Positions 33,226 through 44,143 of a DNA stretch of 64,000 nucleotides are shown here, one piece after another. The translations under genes were made by a program, and so were the position numbers. The notes beneath the pieces are model-generated. The model was not told the DNA's origin. It saw only the letters and a program-made list of their open reading frames with translations, and searched no databases. The stretch comes from an uncultured Prevotella sp. (GTDB taxonomy: Bacteria; Bacteroidota; Bacteroidia; Bacteroidales; Bacteroidaceae), in the NCBI GenBank assembly GCA_902800365.1, contig CADCEF010000004.1, forward strand, positions 31,768-95,767, given 5' to 3'. How positions within the stretch are numbered: position 1 is the first letter of the stretch; every line of letters begins with the position of its first letter.

Positions 33226-33864
33226 CTATTTGCTGAATCCATTGCCATTCCACTTGAGAATCTTCTGCTGCTTCATACCGCTTGGGAACCACAGTGTGGC
33301 AGTGATATCCTTGCCTGAACGTGGCAGAGCGAACGATGGCATAACGCCCTCGGCAAGCGAGTCGTAGAGTGCGGCCAAGCCATTGTCGGCTATAGTGTCC
33401 ATGCCCTTGGTGGCATTGTTGTAGCGGAAGAGAATAAGACCGTCGAACTGACCTGGGCTGTACTTGCCGTTGGTGAAGCATGCCTCGTTGAAGGCGAATA
33501 TCTTATGCTTCTGGTCGGCACAGTTCCAATAGCACATCTCAACACGGATGATCTGCTCGTCGCCATCGTAGACATGCTTGCTCTCGATGGTTACAAAGCC
33601 GTTCTTAACGTCGGCAGTAACGGTTACGCCATCGGCCTGCTTCTGGCCTTTGAGATGGCTCTCCCAAGCCCCCTGAAGCCATGCTACAGCCTCGCCGTCG
33701 CACTCCATAGCTTCTTCGTCGTCGGCAGCTGCGGGTGCGAGATAGGCCGAAACGAAATCGCTGATGGTGGGCTTAGCGCCCTGATACTTTACTTTGATAA
33801 ACGACTGTGCCGACATCGTGAGAGCGACGCCCAGCAGGAGGAATGACAATAGGTTACGTTTCAT
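33226..33864 (-). CDS. Hypothetical secreted protein
   Basis: Signal peptide ending SAQ. Confidence 0.7.
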   Translation of the reverse strand: MKRNLLSFLLLGVALTMSAQSFIKVKYQGAKPTISDFVSAYLAPAAADDEEAMECDGEAVAWLQGAWESHLKGQKQADGVTVTADVKNGFVTIESKHVYDGDEQIIRVEMCYWNCADQKHKIFAFNEACFTNGKYSPGQFDGLILFRYNNATKGMDTIADNGLAALYDSLAEGVMPSFALPRSGKDITATLWFPSGMKQQKILKWNGNGFSK

Positions 33865-33900
33865 AAGTTACTTAGTTTTTATAGATTGTTATTAAAATGA

Positions 33901-34803
33901 TTAATCGTCTTTGCGATAGGCTTTCTCGCCGATGGTCTCTTGTGAGCCGATAGTCATCTGGCGGAGATCGTAGTAAGAGCCGTTGTAGATATTGAAGTCT
34001 ACATTACCCTTGATACCTGGAAGACGGCCAACATCAGTGTGCTGCCAGAACTTCCATGGGCCCTGATACTCGAGCGAGTCGACATAGTAGTGAGCTATCC
34101 AATAGGGATACTCGTCGAACACGGGGTCGGACAGGTAGCGCGTCTTAAATTTAAAATAGGTATATATAATAGGTTTTACCTGATAGTGCTTCTCAACCAG
34201 ACGGAGCCACTTGAGTACGGAGTTCTTGAACTCCTCATCAGATTGACTCTTTGGCTTGTGTTCTACATCGAGCACGGGAGGAAGGTCGCCATTCTCAAGA
34301 TCAACGGTCTTGATGAAGTGATAGGCCTGCTGCTCGGCTGGAGTGTGAACGCTATAGAAGTGATAGGCACCACGGGTAAATCCGTTCTCGCGAGCCTGAT
34401 AGAAGTTGTCGCGGAAGTTACGGTCGGTCTGTGTTGCTCCCTCGGTGGCCTTGATCATTACGAAGCGTATGGGGCAATGATTGATGGTGCCATTGTCCTT
34501 AAGCTCGTCCCAATCGATGTGGCCCTGATGGTGGGAGATGTCGATGCCGTGAATCTCGTAGCCCTCAGGATAGCTTACGTCGCCATACAATGCGCGCCAA
34601 CGGAAGCCGAACGGGCCAACAAAAAAATAGTAGAAGAAATATAAATAAACAGCGACGATGCCAGCGCCTCCCAACCAATACGACCAGCTGGGAAGTCGTT
34701 GCAATAAGCGAATCACGACTCCGGGACGCTTTTTACGCCCGGGGCCGTGATAAGTATGAGTTGTGCCGATTCCTTTTCGGCGTACTACATGTCGCTTAGT
34801 CAT
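33901..34803 (-). CDS. GH25 lysozyme/muramidase, membrane anchored
   Basis: GIDISHHQG, IKATEG, GAYHFY, PVLDVE, WQHTD. Confidence 0.92.
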   Translation of the reverse strand: MTKRHVVRRKGIGTTHTYHGPGRKKRPGVVIRLLQRLPSWSYWLGGAGIVAVYLYFFYYFFVGPFGFRWRALYGDVSYPEGYEIHGIDISHHQGHIDWDELKDNGTINHCPIRFVMIKATEGATQTDRNFRDNFYQARENGFTRGAYHFYSVHTPAEQQAYHFIKTVDLENGDLPPVLDVEHKPKSQSDEEFKNSVLKWLRLVEKHYQVKPIIYTYFKFKTRYLSDPVFDEYPYWIAHYYVDSLEYQGPWKFWQHTDVGRLPGIKGNVDFNIYNGSYYDLRQMTIGSQETIGEKAYRKDD

Positions 34804-34808
34804 TTAAT

Positions 34809-36446
34809 TTATTTAGCCTGCTCGAGAGCGAGGGTGCGGGTTGGCTGGTCGCATACCTCTGTTGGTCCCCAGTACTGGATTGGACCTGGATATACGTAAG
34901 CAGTCTCGCGAGCCCAACGATCGCGCTGAGCAGCAAATGTCTTGAATGGAGCACCGTCGAGCTCAACAAGAGCCTTGCGGATAACAGGCTTCATCTCGCC
35001 GTTACGCTTCTCCATGTTCATCATCATTGTGATGGGCACACCACCAGCAATCCACTGCTCGGCAGGAGCGGTTGTGTTCTTAACGATAGCCATGTAGCCA
35101 GTCTTGCCGTTAGCAATCAGCTGAGCAGCTGAAGTACCAAGAGCGTAGCAGTAGTCGGCATCGAAGTTAGATGGAGCTGCACAACGTCCCTCGTAACCGA
35201 AGAAGTGGTGCTGAGCAGCAAACTTACCCTTGAAGGTTCCCTCCTTCTTCATACGCTCAAGCTTCTGAGCAACCATGGTAGAGAGCAACTTCTCGGTCTC
35301 GATGAGCGATACCTGTACGTTTCCGTGTGGGTCGCGGTCGAGAGCCAGCTGACGAGCAACACCTGTAGGCAGGCTATTGAATACAGCAAGGTTCTCGTCG
35401 GTGAGGTGGCTCTTAGCAAAGTCGATAGTCTCAGTGCGGCCCATATCCTTAACCTCAGGAAGAGCCAGAACGTCGTTGAGCTGAGCGATGAGCTTCTTGA
35501 TAGCTGGGATGAACTCGATAACACCCTCAGGGATGATAACGGTACCGAAGTTGTTACCATCAGCAGCACGCTGAGCAACAGCGTTAGCGATGTAAGCAAC
35601 GATATCGTCAAGGCTCATTGCCTTCTCCTCGATCTCCTCTGATACGAGGCAGATGTTTGGCTGAGTCTGCAGAGCGCACTCAAGAGCGATGTGTGATGCT
35701 GAACGACCCATAACCTTGATGAAGTGCCAGTACTTGCGGGCTGAGTTACAGTCGCGCTCGATGTTACCGATGAGCTCAGAGTAAGTCTTACAAGCGGTAT
35801 CGAAACCGAATGAAGTCTCAATCTGATCGTTCTTCAGGTCACCGTCGATAGTCTTAGGACAACCGATTACCTGTACGCCGTAGTTCTTAGCAGCATAGTA
35901 CTCAGCCAGAACGCAAGCGTTAGTGTTAGAGTCGTCGCCACCGATGATAACGATAGCCTTGATGTCGAGCTCGCGGATAATCTCCAGACCCTTCTCGAAC
36001 TGATCAACCTTCTCGAGCTTTGTACGACCAGAACCGATCATATCGAAACCACCAGTGTTACGATACTCGTCGATGATCTCCTTTGTGAGCTCCATGTAGT
36101 TGTGGTCTACCAGACCGCCAGGACCCAGGATGAAACCGTAAAGACGGTTCTCGGGGTTGAGTTTCTTTATCTGATCAAAAAGACCAGTGATAACATTGTG
36201 ACCGCCAGGAGCCTGACCGCCTGAGAGGATGATACCTACGTTCATCTTAGTGTTGTTAGCCTCGGTAGCGGGCTCGAACTCTACGATTGGCATACCGTAA
36301 GTGTTTGGGAAGAGCTTCTTGATCTCCTCCTGGTCGCCAACACTCTGTGTGGCTGCACCCTCTTTTACTTTTACTGCACCCTGAAGCGCCTTAGGCAACT
36401 TGGGCTGATAAGCGGCTCTCGCCAGCTGCAATGCACTTTTTTCCAT
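34809..36446 (-). CDS. pfp: Pyrophosphate-dependent phosphofructokinase
   Basis: [31 protein letters not shown]. Confidence 0.95.
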   Translation of the reverse strand: MEKSALQLARAAYQPKLPKALQGAVKVKEGAATQSVGDQEEIKKLFPNTYGMPIVEFEPATEANNTKMNVGIILSGGQAPGGHNVITGLFDQIKKLNPENRLYGFILGPGGLVDHNYMELTKEIIDEYRNTGGFDMIGSGRTKLEKVDQFEKGLEIIRELDIKAIVIIGGDDSNTNACVLAEYYAAKNYGVQVIGCPKTIDGDLKNDQIETSFGFDTACKTYSELIGNIERDCNSARKYWHFIKVMGRSASHIALECALQTQPNICLVSEEIEEKAMSLDDIVAYIANAVAQRAADGNNFGTVIIPEGVIEFIPAIKKLIAQLNDVLALPEVKDMGRTETIDFAKSHLTDENLAVFNSLPTGVARQLALDRDPHGNVQVSLIETEKLLSTMVAQKLERMKKEGTFKGKFAAQHHFFGYEGRCAAPSNFDADYCYALGTSAAQLIANGKTGYMAIVKNTTAPAEQWIAGGVPITMMMNMEKRNGEMKPVIRKALVELDGAPFKTFAAQRDRWARETAYVYPGPIQYWGPTEVCDQPTRTLALEQAK

Positions 36447-36648
36447 AATACTTTATTATTTATAAATTGAACCAATTGTTTTCTGAGGCGCAAAATTAGT
36501 GAATTTTTGTAAGAAATACGAAATAAAACAATCAATTTTCGCCTTTTTAATATTTTTTTTGGGTGAAACACTTGGAATCTCAGATTTTTTTTCTAACTTT
36601 GCTTACTGAATATAACAAAACACCCAAAATAAAGGGATTTAAAAATTA

Positions 36649-36921
36649 ATGAGTATGATGAACAAAAGAAGTTTGAAGAAGGCTATTAATGCCGTAAGCG
36701 ACCAGTTGTTCGCTAATGCAGTTGCAGTATCACTGTACGGAACCAATCGAAATGCCGAAAATGATGAAGCACTGATCCAGTCGATCCTTTCTATGCGTGA
36801 GGATTTCGTAAGCCGCATATCACACCCAGAGCCAGGAATGAAGAAGCAGGAGTACTACAAGGACCTGCGCGAGAAGTTTATTTCACAGGCTCAGGAACTG
36901 GCCGACCAGATTAGCCTTTAA
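36649..36921 (+). CDS. Small hypothetical protein
   Basis: 90 aa ORF, first gene of + strand unit. Confidence 0.7.
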   Translation: MSMMNKRSLKKAINAVSDQLFANAVAVSLYGTNRNAENDEALIQSILSMREDFVSRISHPEPGMKKQEYYKDLREKFISQAQELADQISL

Positions 36922-36932
36922 TTTGCCTGCTG

Positions 36933-37490
36933 ATGCTAGGGAAATTATGTAGCTGGCTGCTATACAAACGCCTGGGGTGGACAAAGGAAGTAACACAGCC
37001 CCACCCCGAGAAGTTCATTATCTGTTTGGCACCGCATACCAGTAACTGGGATTTTGCGTTAGGACAAATGTATAGCCGTGCTGAGGGGATGAAGATTAAC
37101 TTCCTGATGAAAAAGGAGTGGTTCTTCTGGCCCCTCGGTCCTATCTTTAGGAGTATGGGAGGCATACCTGTGTTCCGCCAGAAGAAAATGAGCATGACCG
37201 ACGCTATGGCAGATACAGCAAAGAAGGTTGAGCAGTTTAAACTCTGCATCACACCCGAGGGTACCCGTTCGAGAGTTGAGGAGTGGAAAAAAGGATTCTA
37301 CTTCATAGCACTCAAGGCGGGCATACCTATTTTATTATACGGTGTGGACTATGAGCGAAAACTGATACAGTGTACTAAAACCATCATCCCAAGTGGAAAC
37401 CTTGAGGAAGACATGAGGGAGATAAAACTGTATTTCAAAGACTTCAAAGGCCGAAAGCCCGAGAACTTTGCAATAGGAGACATTGAATGA
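36933..37490 (+). CDS. 1-acyl-sn-glycerol-3-phosphate acyltransferase family
   Basis: PHTSNWD, TPEGTR. Confidence 0.9.
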   Translation: MLGKLCSWLLYKRLGWTKEVTQPHPEKFIICLAPHTSNWDFALGQMYSRAEGMKINFLMKKEWFFWPLGPIFRSMGGIPVFRQKKMSMTDAMADTAKKVEQFKLCITPEGTRSRVEEWKKGFYFIALKAGIPILLYGVDYERKLIQCTKTIIPSGNLEEDMREIKLYFKDFKGRKPENFAIGDIE

Positions 37491-40435
37491 TGAAACGACG
37501 TAGCGTGATAATACCTCTGGCCCTGTGCGCCCTGCTTACAGCAATGCCAGCCGACTCTGCTCGGAAGGTAAAGGTAAAAACACCGCCAGATCCCTACAAG
37601 ACACTAAAAGAGAAGATAGACAGATACTTCGTTAACTACAAATCGGACGAACAGCGAATACGCGCTACTTTCCACCTGAAGACTCTGGTGGTGAACGACT
37701 CGTTGCAGACGATTGACATAAGCGCAAACAACAGCTTAGGAGAGCAGCTGTTTAACGATGACATGGCGGAGACTATCTATCAGGAGGTGGGCGAACTGCT
37801 GCCTGATACGCTGCAGGAATACGACCTGAAGATTACCACTAACGGATGGGACTTGCGACAGCTGGTGCCAAACCGACTGAGGGAGACGAAGGACAAAACC
37901 CGCACTTGGGGGCATATTGATTATCACGGACGTCCATGGGTAAAGAACGCATCGATACCCTACGAGATAACTGAGGGACTGCAGAACAGGCACATTTCGC
38001 TGTGGGCAAGTCACGGAAGATACTTCAACGTGAAAGACAGCACATGGAAGTGGCAGCGACCACCGCTGTTCGGAACGCGCGAAGACCTATTTACGCAGAC
38101 CATAGTAACGCCTTACTTGATTCCGATGCTGCAAAACGCTGGTGCTGTGGTATTTACACCACGCGAGCGAGACTGGCAGAGGTACGAGTATATAGTTGAC
38201 AACGATACGCCTGAGAGCGGATACAGCGAGACCAACGGCCATCACCCATGGCAGAAAAGCAACGCTATAGGATTCGCTATGCATCCAGGGGTGTATACCG
38301 ACTACGAGAACCCATTCAACGAGGGTACGGCTCGTATGGTAGCCACTACCGACAACGTGAAGCGAAAGAGCGAGATAGTATGGAAACCCATCATCACAGA
38401 GAGCGGATGCTATGCCGTTTACGTGAGCTATCAGACTCTGGAAAACAGCGTTGACGATGCTCACTACACAGTGTGGCATCAAGGCATGCCTACCGAGTTC
38501 CGCGTGAACCAGCAGATGGGCGAAAAGACTTGGGTTTTTCTTGGCAACTTCTATTTTGACGAAGGACAGAGCACGCGCAACTGCGTAACCCTATCGAACC
38601 TGAGTAAGCACCACCACGGAGTGGTAACTGCCGACGCTGTGAGATTCGGAGGCGGTATGGGAAACATAGACCGCGGACGAGGAACAAGCGGACTGCCACG
38701 TTGCCTTGAGGCTGCACGCTACTATGCACAGTGGGCAGGAATGCCTTACGAGGTGTACAGCACTAAGGACGGTGAGGATGATTATGGTGACGACATCAAC
38801 GTGCGCAGCTATATGACAAACCATCTGGCAGGAGGTTCGATCTACGAGCCTGACACCACAGGACTGAACGTGCCAATAGAACTGTCGCTCGCTATTCATA
38901 GTGATGCAGGTTACACCAAGGACGGAAAGAGTCATACTGGTACTCTGGCTGTTTGCACCACAACGATGAACGACTCGATATTAGGCACAGGAATGACAAG
39001 ACTGGCATCGCGCGACTTTGCCGACGAGCTGCTCTACTCTATCCCTGCCGACATATCAAGGAAATACGGCAACTGGCCCATACGCGAGCTGTACGACCGA
39101 AACTACTCGGAGACACGATGCCCAATGGTGCCAAGCGCTATATTGGAGACAATGAGTCACCAGAACTTTGCCGACATGAGAATGGGTCAAGATCCTAACT
39201 TCCGTTTCGATCTGGCACGCAGCATCTACAAGGCAGTGCTGCGATACATCAGCTCAATGCACCATAAGAAATATGTGGTGCAGCCATTGGCTCCAAGGAG
39301 AGTGAGCGCAGAGCTTACAGGTAAGGGCGAAGCAAAGATAAGCTGGCGCCCAGTTTACGATGAATACGAGCCCACAGCAAAACCCACTGGATACGTCCTG
39401 TATACAGCCACAGGACGAAGCGGGTTTGACAACGGAACTTATATAAAAGGGGGCAACGAGACATCGATAACTATCCCTGTTGAGAGCGACAAGGTGTACA
39501 GCTTCCGACTGACGGCTGTGAACGAAGGAGGCGAGAGTTTCCCCACTGAGGTGGTTTCGGTTTACGATGTGCCTGAGGCTCAGAAGACCGTTCTTGTGGT
39601 GAACGGATTCAGCCGACTTGCATCGCCTGCCGTTATCGACAACAAGGTGGAACAGGGATTCGACATGCAAGAGGATGCTGGTGTTACCTACGGACGCACT
39701 GCTGGATGGCTGGGATTCCAGACAAGCTTCGACAAGAGTAAGATGGGAAGCGAGCGACGCGACGGACTGGGATTCACCAACGACACGCTGATGGGACAGT
39801 TCATAGCTGGTAACGACTTCGACTACATCCGCACCCACACTCAGGCCATCGCCACTGCAAGGAAATATCGTGTGGTGAGCTGCTCGGCAGAGGCTCTGGA
39901 GTATAACGATGTGCACCCTCAGCGCTATGAGATGATGGACCTGATACTGGGTCTGCAGCGCAAGGACGGCTACTCGCTTGTGCCTTACCAGGTTATGACT
40001 CCGATAATGAAAGAGCACCTGCGCCTATTTGCTAAGAAAGGCGGAGCACTGCTTGTGAGCGGAGCATATCTGGGTACCGACATGCAGGAGCCTGCCGACC
40101 GCCGCTATCTGGAAGACATACTGAAGATTAAATATCAAGGTAGAGATCTGGACAGCCTGCAGCGCGACTCTATTCGCGGACTCGGAACTGAGTTCACATT
40201 CCATCGCCACCTGAACGAGCGACACTATGCAGCTCAGCATCCTGAGATTCTGGAGCCTGTATATCCCGCTTTCTCGGCGATGAAGTATGCCGACGATTTC
40301 AGCGCCTGCGTGGCCTACGGCGGCACAGATTACAAAGCAATAACCATGGGATTCCCACTTGAATGCATCAAGGACGAACCCAAGCGCAACAGCATTATGC
40401 GCGGTTTGCTACAGTTTTTACTACAATCACATTAA
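37487..40435 (+). CDS. Large secreted amidase-like/FN3 protein (often annotated xanthan lyase-like)
   Basis: Signal peptide, SLWASHG, AIHSDA, ILE amidase-like motifs, ADAVRF module, FN3. Confidence 0.7.
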   Translation: MMKRRSVIIPLALCALLTAMPADSARKVKVKTPPDPYKTLKEKIDRYFVNYKSDEQRIRATFHLKTLVVNDSLQTIDISANNSLGEQLFNDDMAETIYQEVGELLPDTLQEYDLKITTNGWDLRQLVPNRLRETKDKTRTWGHIDYHGRPWVKNASIPYEITEGLQNRHISLWASHGRYFNVKDSTWKWQRPPLFGTREDLFTQTIVTPYLIPMLQNAGAVVFTPRERDWQRYEYIVDNDTPESGYSETNGHHPWQKSNAIGFAMHPGVYTDYENPFNEGTARMVATTDNVKRKSEIVWKPIITESGCYAVYVSYQTLENSVDDAHYTVWHQGMPTEFRVNQQMGEKTWVFLGNFYFDEGQSTRNCVTLSNLSKHHHGVVTADAVRFGGGMGNIDRGRGTSGLPRCLEAARYYAQWAGMPYEVYSTKDGEDDYGDDINVRSYMTNHLAGGSIYEPDTTGLNVPIELSLAIHSDAGYTKDGKSHTGTLAVCTTTMNDSILGTGMTRLASRDFADELLYSIPADISRKYGNWPIRELYDRNYSETRCPMVPSAILETMSHQNFADMRMGQDPNFRFDLARSIYKAVLRYISSMHHKKYVVQPLAPRRVSAELTGKGEAKISWRPVYDEYEPTAKPTGYVLYTATGRSGFDNGTYIKGGNETSITIPVESDKVYSFRLTAVNEGGESFPTEVVSVYDVPEAQKTVLVVNGFSRLASPAVIDNKVEQGFDMQEDAGVTYGRTAGWLGFQTSFDKSKMGSERRDGLGFTNDTLMGQFIAGNDFDYIRTHTQAIATARKYRVVSCSAEALEYNDVHPQRYEMMDLILGLQRKDGYSLVPYQVMTPIMKEHLRLFAKKGGALLVSGAYLGTDMQEPADRRYLEDILKIKYQGRDLDSLQRDSIRGLGTEFTFHRHLNERHYAAQHPEILEPVYPAFSAMKYADDFSACVAYGGTDYKAITMGFPLECIKDEPKRNSIMRGLLQFLLQSH

Positions 40436-40452
40436 CAAAAATAACCAAAATT

Positions 40453-40797
40453 ATGAAGATTCAATCTAATTCATCCGGAACAAGGAGCATTGAAGTGAGC
40501 GAGGCTCATCTTCAGACTATTGACCAGTACCAATTATTCAGAGACCTTATCGATTCAAACGGTTATGTTGACGAACAGGTACTTGACAAATTAAAGCTGA
40601 ACATCCGCAGTCTGCTGGAGGGAGATGCAGGTAAGGACAAGAATCTGCTAGACCTCTGTCTAGATGTTATCTATCATCAGAACATGAAGGCATTCGGATT
40701 GCAACAGCTTGTATTGTTGTATATAAACTGGAAGGATAAATGTAACGATGGACTCGGCATGACCATCAGGGCTGTGCAGGGAACACCGTTTAATTAA
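40453..40797 (+). CDS. Hypothetical protein
   Basis: Start MKIQSNSSGTRSIEVSE after A-rich leader. Confidence 0.7.
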   Translation: MKIQSNSSGTRSIEVSEAHLQTIDQYQLFRDLIDSNGYVDEQVLDKLKLNIRSLLEGDAGKDKNLLDLCLDVIYHQNMKAFGLQQLVLLYINWKDKCNDGLGMTIRAVQGTPFN

Positions 40798-40826
40798 GCC
40801 TCCAATTAAGATGTAAGAATTAAGAA

Positions 40827-42824
40827 TTGAGAGATTTTAGATTAACAGATTTTTTACCTACTACAAAGAAGGAGTTGGAGCTACGAGGATGGGATTATGT
40901 TGATATAATTCTGTTCTCGGGCGACGCTTATATAGACCACCCATCATTTGGTGCGGCTGTGATAGGACGAACACTCGAGGCAGCAGGATTCCGTGTGGCC
41001 ATTGTGCCACAGCCTGACTGGCACGGCGATTATCGCGACTTTAAGAAGTTGGGAAGACCGCGTTTGTTCTTCGGCATCGCACCAGGATGCATGGACTCTA
41101 TGGTTAACAAATATACGGCCAACCGCCGTCTGCGCTCAGAGGATGCATACAGTCCTGACGGACGTCACGACATGCGACCAGAGTACCCAACGATAGTGTA
41201 TGCCAAGATTCTTAAGGAGCTTTATCCTGATGTGCCCGTAGTGCTGGGAGGCATCGAGGCTTCGCTGCGAAGAGTGACGCATTACGACTACTGGAGCGAC
41301 AGCTTGAAGAAGTGCCTGCTGTGCTACTCGCCTGCTGATATGATTACCTACGGCATGGGCGAGAAGACCACCATTGAACTGGCACGTAGACTGAGCAACG
41401 GAGAGAAGATTAGCGATATTCGCAATCTGCCGCAGACGGTTTATCTGGCTCGCAAAGAGGAAATACCAGGGGGTATAAACGAACACGACATAGTGCTGCA
41501 CTCGCACGAGGAGTGCATGCAGAACAAGAAGGCTCAGGCTGAGAACTTCAAGAATGTTGAGGAGCAATCGAACATGATGCACGCACAGCGATTGCTGCAG
41601 GGTGTTGACGGGCGTTACGTGGTGATAAATCCTCCCTACCCGCCTATGACTACGGAGGAGCTAGATGCATCGTTCGACCTGCCATATACTCGTCAGCCGC
41701 ACCCTAAGTACAAGGGCAAGCGAATTCCGGCTTACGACATGATTAAGTTCTCGGTGAACATCCATCGCGGATGTTTCGGAGGATGTGCCTTCTGCACCAT
41801 CTCAGCCCATCAGGGAAAGTTCATCTCGTGCCGCTCTAAGGAGAGCATTATGCGCGAGGTGAAACAGGTGATTGAGATGCCTGACTTTAAGGGAAACCTT
41901 AGTGACTTAGGCGGACCATCGGCCAATATGTATGGCATGAGTGGACGCAACAAAAATGCTTGCGAAAAATGTCGCCGTCCATCGTGCGTGCATCCGCAGA
42001 TATGTCCAAACCTGAATACTGATCACTCAAAGCTGCTTGATATCTATCGCTCGGTAGATGCTCTGCCAGGCATAAAGCACAGCTATATAGGAAGTGGTGT
42101 GCGCTACGACTTGCTGCTACATCGCAGCAAGGACGAGGCAAGCAACAAGGCAGCAATGGAGTACACTCGAGAGCTGATTACTCGCCACGTTAGCGGACGA
42201 CTGAAGGTGGCACCAGAGCACACAAGCGACAGAGTGCTGTATTTGATGCGCAAGCCATCGTTCCAGCAGTTCTACGACTTTAAGCGTATCTTCGACCGCA
42301 TAAACCGTGAAGAGGGATTGCGACAGCAGATTATCCCCTACTTCATTTCGTCGCACCCAGGATGCCACGAGGAAGATATGGCAGAACTTGCTGTGATTAC
42401 CAAGGGTCTTGACTTCCATCTGGAGCAGGTTCAGGACTTTACGCCAACGCCAATGACCAATGCCACAGAGACGTGGTATACAGGTTACGAGCCATATACG
42501 CTTGAGCCAATATTCAGCGCTAAAACGCCAAAGGAGAAGCTTGCCCAGAGGCAATTCTTCTTCTGGTACAAGCCTGAGGAACGAAGAGGCATTGAGCAGA
42601 GTCTGCGCCGTATTGGTCGCCCTGACTTAATAGCAAAGTTGTATAGCGGCATGCCACCTTCGCAAGGCGGCTATCGCCCATCAGCAGGTGGTGGATACCA
42701 ATCAGGTGGAGGTAACAAACAGAAATCGTATAATCCAAACTTCAGAAATGAAAATAATAGAGCAAAGCATCATAGCGAAAAACCCCGCGAAGAAAAGCGA
42801 GGACGGGATCGTCGTCACAGATGA
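40827..42824 (+). CDS. ygiQ: YgiQ family radical SAM protein
   Basis: GDAYIDHPSFG, CFGGCAFC, DLGGPSANMY; TTG start. Confidence 0.92.
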   Translation: MRDFRLTDFLPTTKKELELRGWDYVDIILFSGDAYIDHPSFGAAVIGRTLEAAGFRVAIVPQPDWHGDYRDFKKLGRPRLFFGIAPGCMDSMVNKYTANRRLRSEDAYSPDGRHDMRPEYPTIVYAKILKELYPDVPVVLGGIEASLRRVTHYDYWSDSLKKCLLCYSPADMITYGMGEKTTIELARRLSNGEKISDIRNLPQTVYLARKEEIPGGINEHDIVLHSHEECMQNKKAQAENFKNVEEQSNMMHAQRLLQGVDGRYVVINPPYPPMTTEELDASFDLPYTRQPHPKYKGKRIPAYDMIKFSVNIHRGCFGGCAFCTISAHQGKFISCRSKESIMREVKQVIEMPDFKGNLSDLGGPSANMYGMSGRNKNACEKCRRPSCVHPQICPNLNTDHSKLLDIYRSVDALPGIKHSYIGSGVRYDLLLHRSKDEASNKAAMEYTRELITRHVSGRLKVAPEHTSDRVLYLMRKPSFQQFYDFKRIFDRINREEGLRQQIIPYFISSHPGCHEEDMAELAVITKGLDFHLEQVQDFTPTPMTNATETWYTGYEPYTLEPIFSAKTPKEKLAQRQFFFWYKPEERRGIEQSLRRIGRPDLIAKLYSGMPPSQGGYRPSAGGGYQSGGGNKQKSYNPNFRNENNRAKHHSEKPREEKRGRDRRHR

Positions 42825-43560
42825 TTTCGTAGCCGTTATCGATGGCAGCACAGCCAAGACAGAACGCCGTCATTGCCCACCACTGAGCAATGGCCGTTAT
42901 GCCATGATGCTCATCAGCCGCTATATACGCAAGATGCCTGCCAACATGTCGTGCCATCAGTTCTGTGTGGGCGTTACAAAGGCCATACGCAAGCACTACT
43001 GGCTGCGTTTCCCCATCGACAGGATGAAGAAGCATCCTGAAGAGCGCCTTTGTGCTTCGGTAATAATCTACAGTCGTTTGCGCAGAGAGGTATGGATGGT
43101 TGGCGATTGCCAATGTCTTGTAGGCGGAGAGTATTTCGACAATCCCAAGCCCTACGAACAGGAGTTGGCCGAGATGCGTGTACAAAAGGTGCGCGAGCTA
43201 TTGGCACAAGGCGTTCCGCAGAAAGAGCTGCTTCAGCCACACGACCCAGCACGCGCGGTTATGATACCTACGATGCTTGAGGTGATGCAAAACCAGAATG
43301 TGACGTATGCCGTTATCGACGGATTCAAAATACCGGAAGACAGAGTGCGTGTGATACCACTCGACTTCCAGAAATGGGAAATAGTGTTTGCCAGCGACGG
43401 ATATCCCAAACTGGCTAATACCCTCGAAGAATCGGAGACGCTGCTCAACTATCAACGTGAGGTTGACCCGTTGAACATAGGAGGATTCAAAGCCACAAAG
43501 GCGTTTGTAGAGGGAAACAACTCTTTCGACGACCGCTCGTACATACGATTTGAAGTATAG
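42748..43560 (+). CDS. Hypothetical PP2C-like phosphatase
   Basis: AVIDG, VGDC, ASDGY, FDDRS acidic motifs. Confidence 0.6.
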   Translation: MKIIEQSIIAKNPAKKSEDGIVVTDDFVAVIDGSTAKTERRHCPPLSNGRYAMMLISRYIRKMPANMSCHQFCVGVTKAIRKHYWLRFPIDRMKKHPEERLCASVIIYSRLRREVWMVGDCQCLVGGEYFDNPKPYEQELAEMRVQKVRELLAQGVPQKELLQPHDPARAVMIPTMLEVMQNQNVTYAVIDGFKIPEDRVRVIPLDFQKWEIVFASDGYPKLANTLEESETLLNYQREVDPLNIGGFKATKAFVEGNNSFDDRSYIRFEV

Positions 43561-43564
43561 ACGT

Positions 43565-44143
43565 ATGGAGAAGATAATATTAGGCATTGACCCAGGAACC
43601 AATATTATGGGATACGGACTGCTGAAGGTGGTAGACGGAAAGGCCAAGATGATTACCATGGGTGTAATCGACTTGCGAAAGTTTCCTGATGCCTACCTCA
43701 AGCTGGGCCACATCTTCGAACGCGTAACGAGCATCATCGACGGATTCCTGCCTGACGAGATGGCAATCGAGGCTCCGTTCTTCGGAAAGAACGTACAGTC
43801 GATGCTGAAACTGGGACGAGCCCAGGGAACAGCCATCGCCGCTGCTGTGAACCACGGAGTGCCCATACATGAATATGCGCCAATGAAGATAAAGATGGCG
43901 CTTACAGGAAACGGTAACGCATCGAAGGAGCAAGTGGCAGGAATGCTACAACGCCTGCTGAAGATACCCAACGAGGATATGGGAAAGTTCATGGATGCCA
44001 CCGATGCCCTTGCAGCAGCTTATTGCCACTACCTGCAGATGGGCAAACCCGAGAGCCCTGTGAAGTACAGAGGTTGGAAGGATTTCATAAACAAGAACCA
44101 AGAAAAAGTCTCGAAACGAAAGATAAAAAATGAAGACAATTGA
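43565..44143 (+). CDS. ruvC: Holliday junction resolvase RuvC
   Basis: [22 protein letters not shown]. Confidence 0.95.
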   Translation: MEKIILGIDPGTNIMGYGLLKVVDGKAKMITMGVIDLRKFPDAYLKLGHIFERVTSIIDGFLPDEMAIEAPFFGKNVQSMLKLGRAQGTAIAAAVNHGVPIHEYAPMKIKMALTGNGNASKEQVAGMLQRLLKIPNEDMGKFMDATDALAAAYCHYLQMGKPESPVKYRGWKDFINKNQEKVSKRKIKNEDN

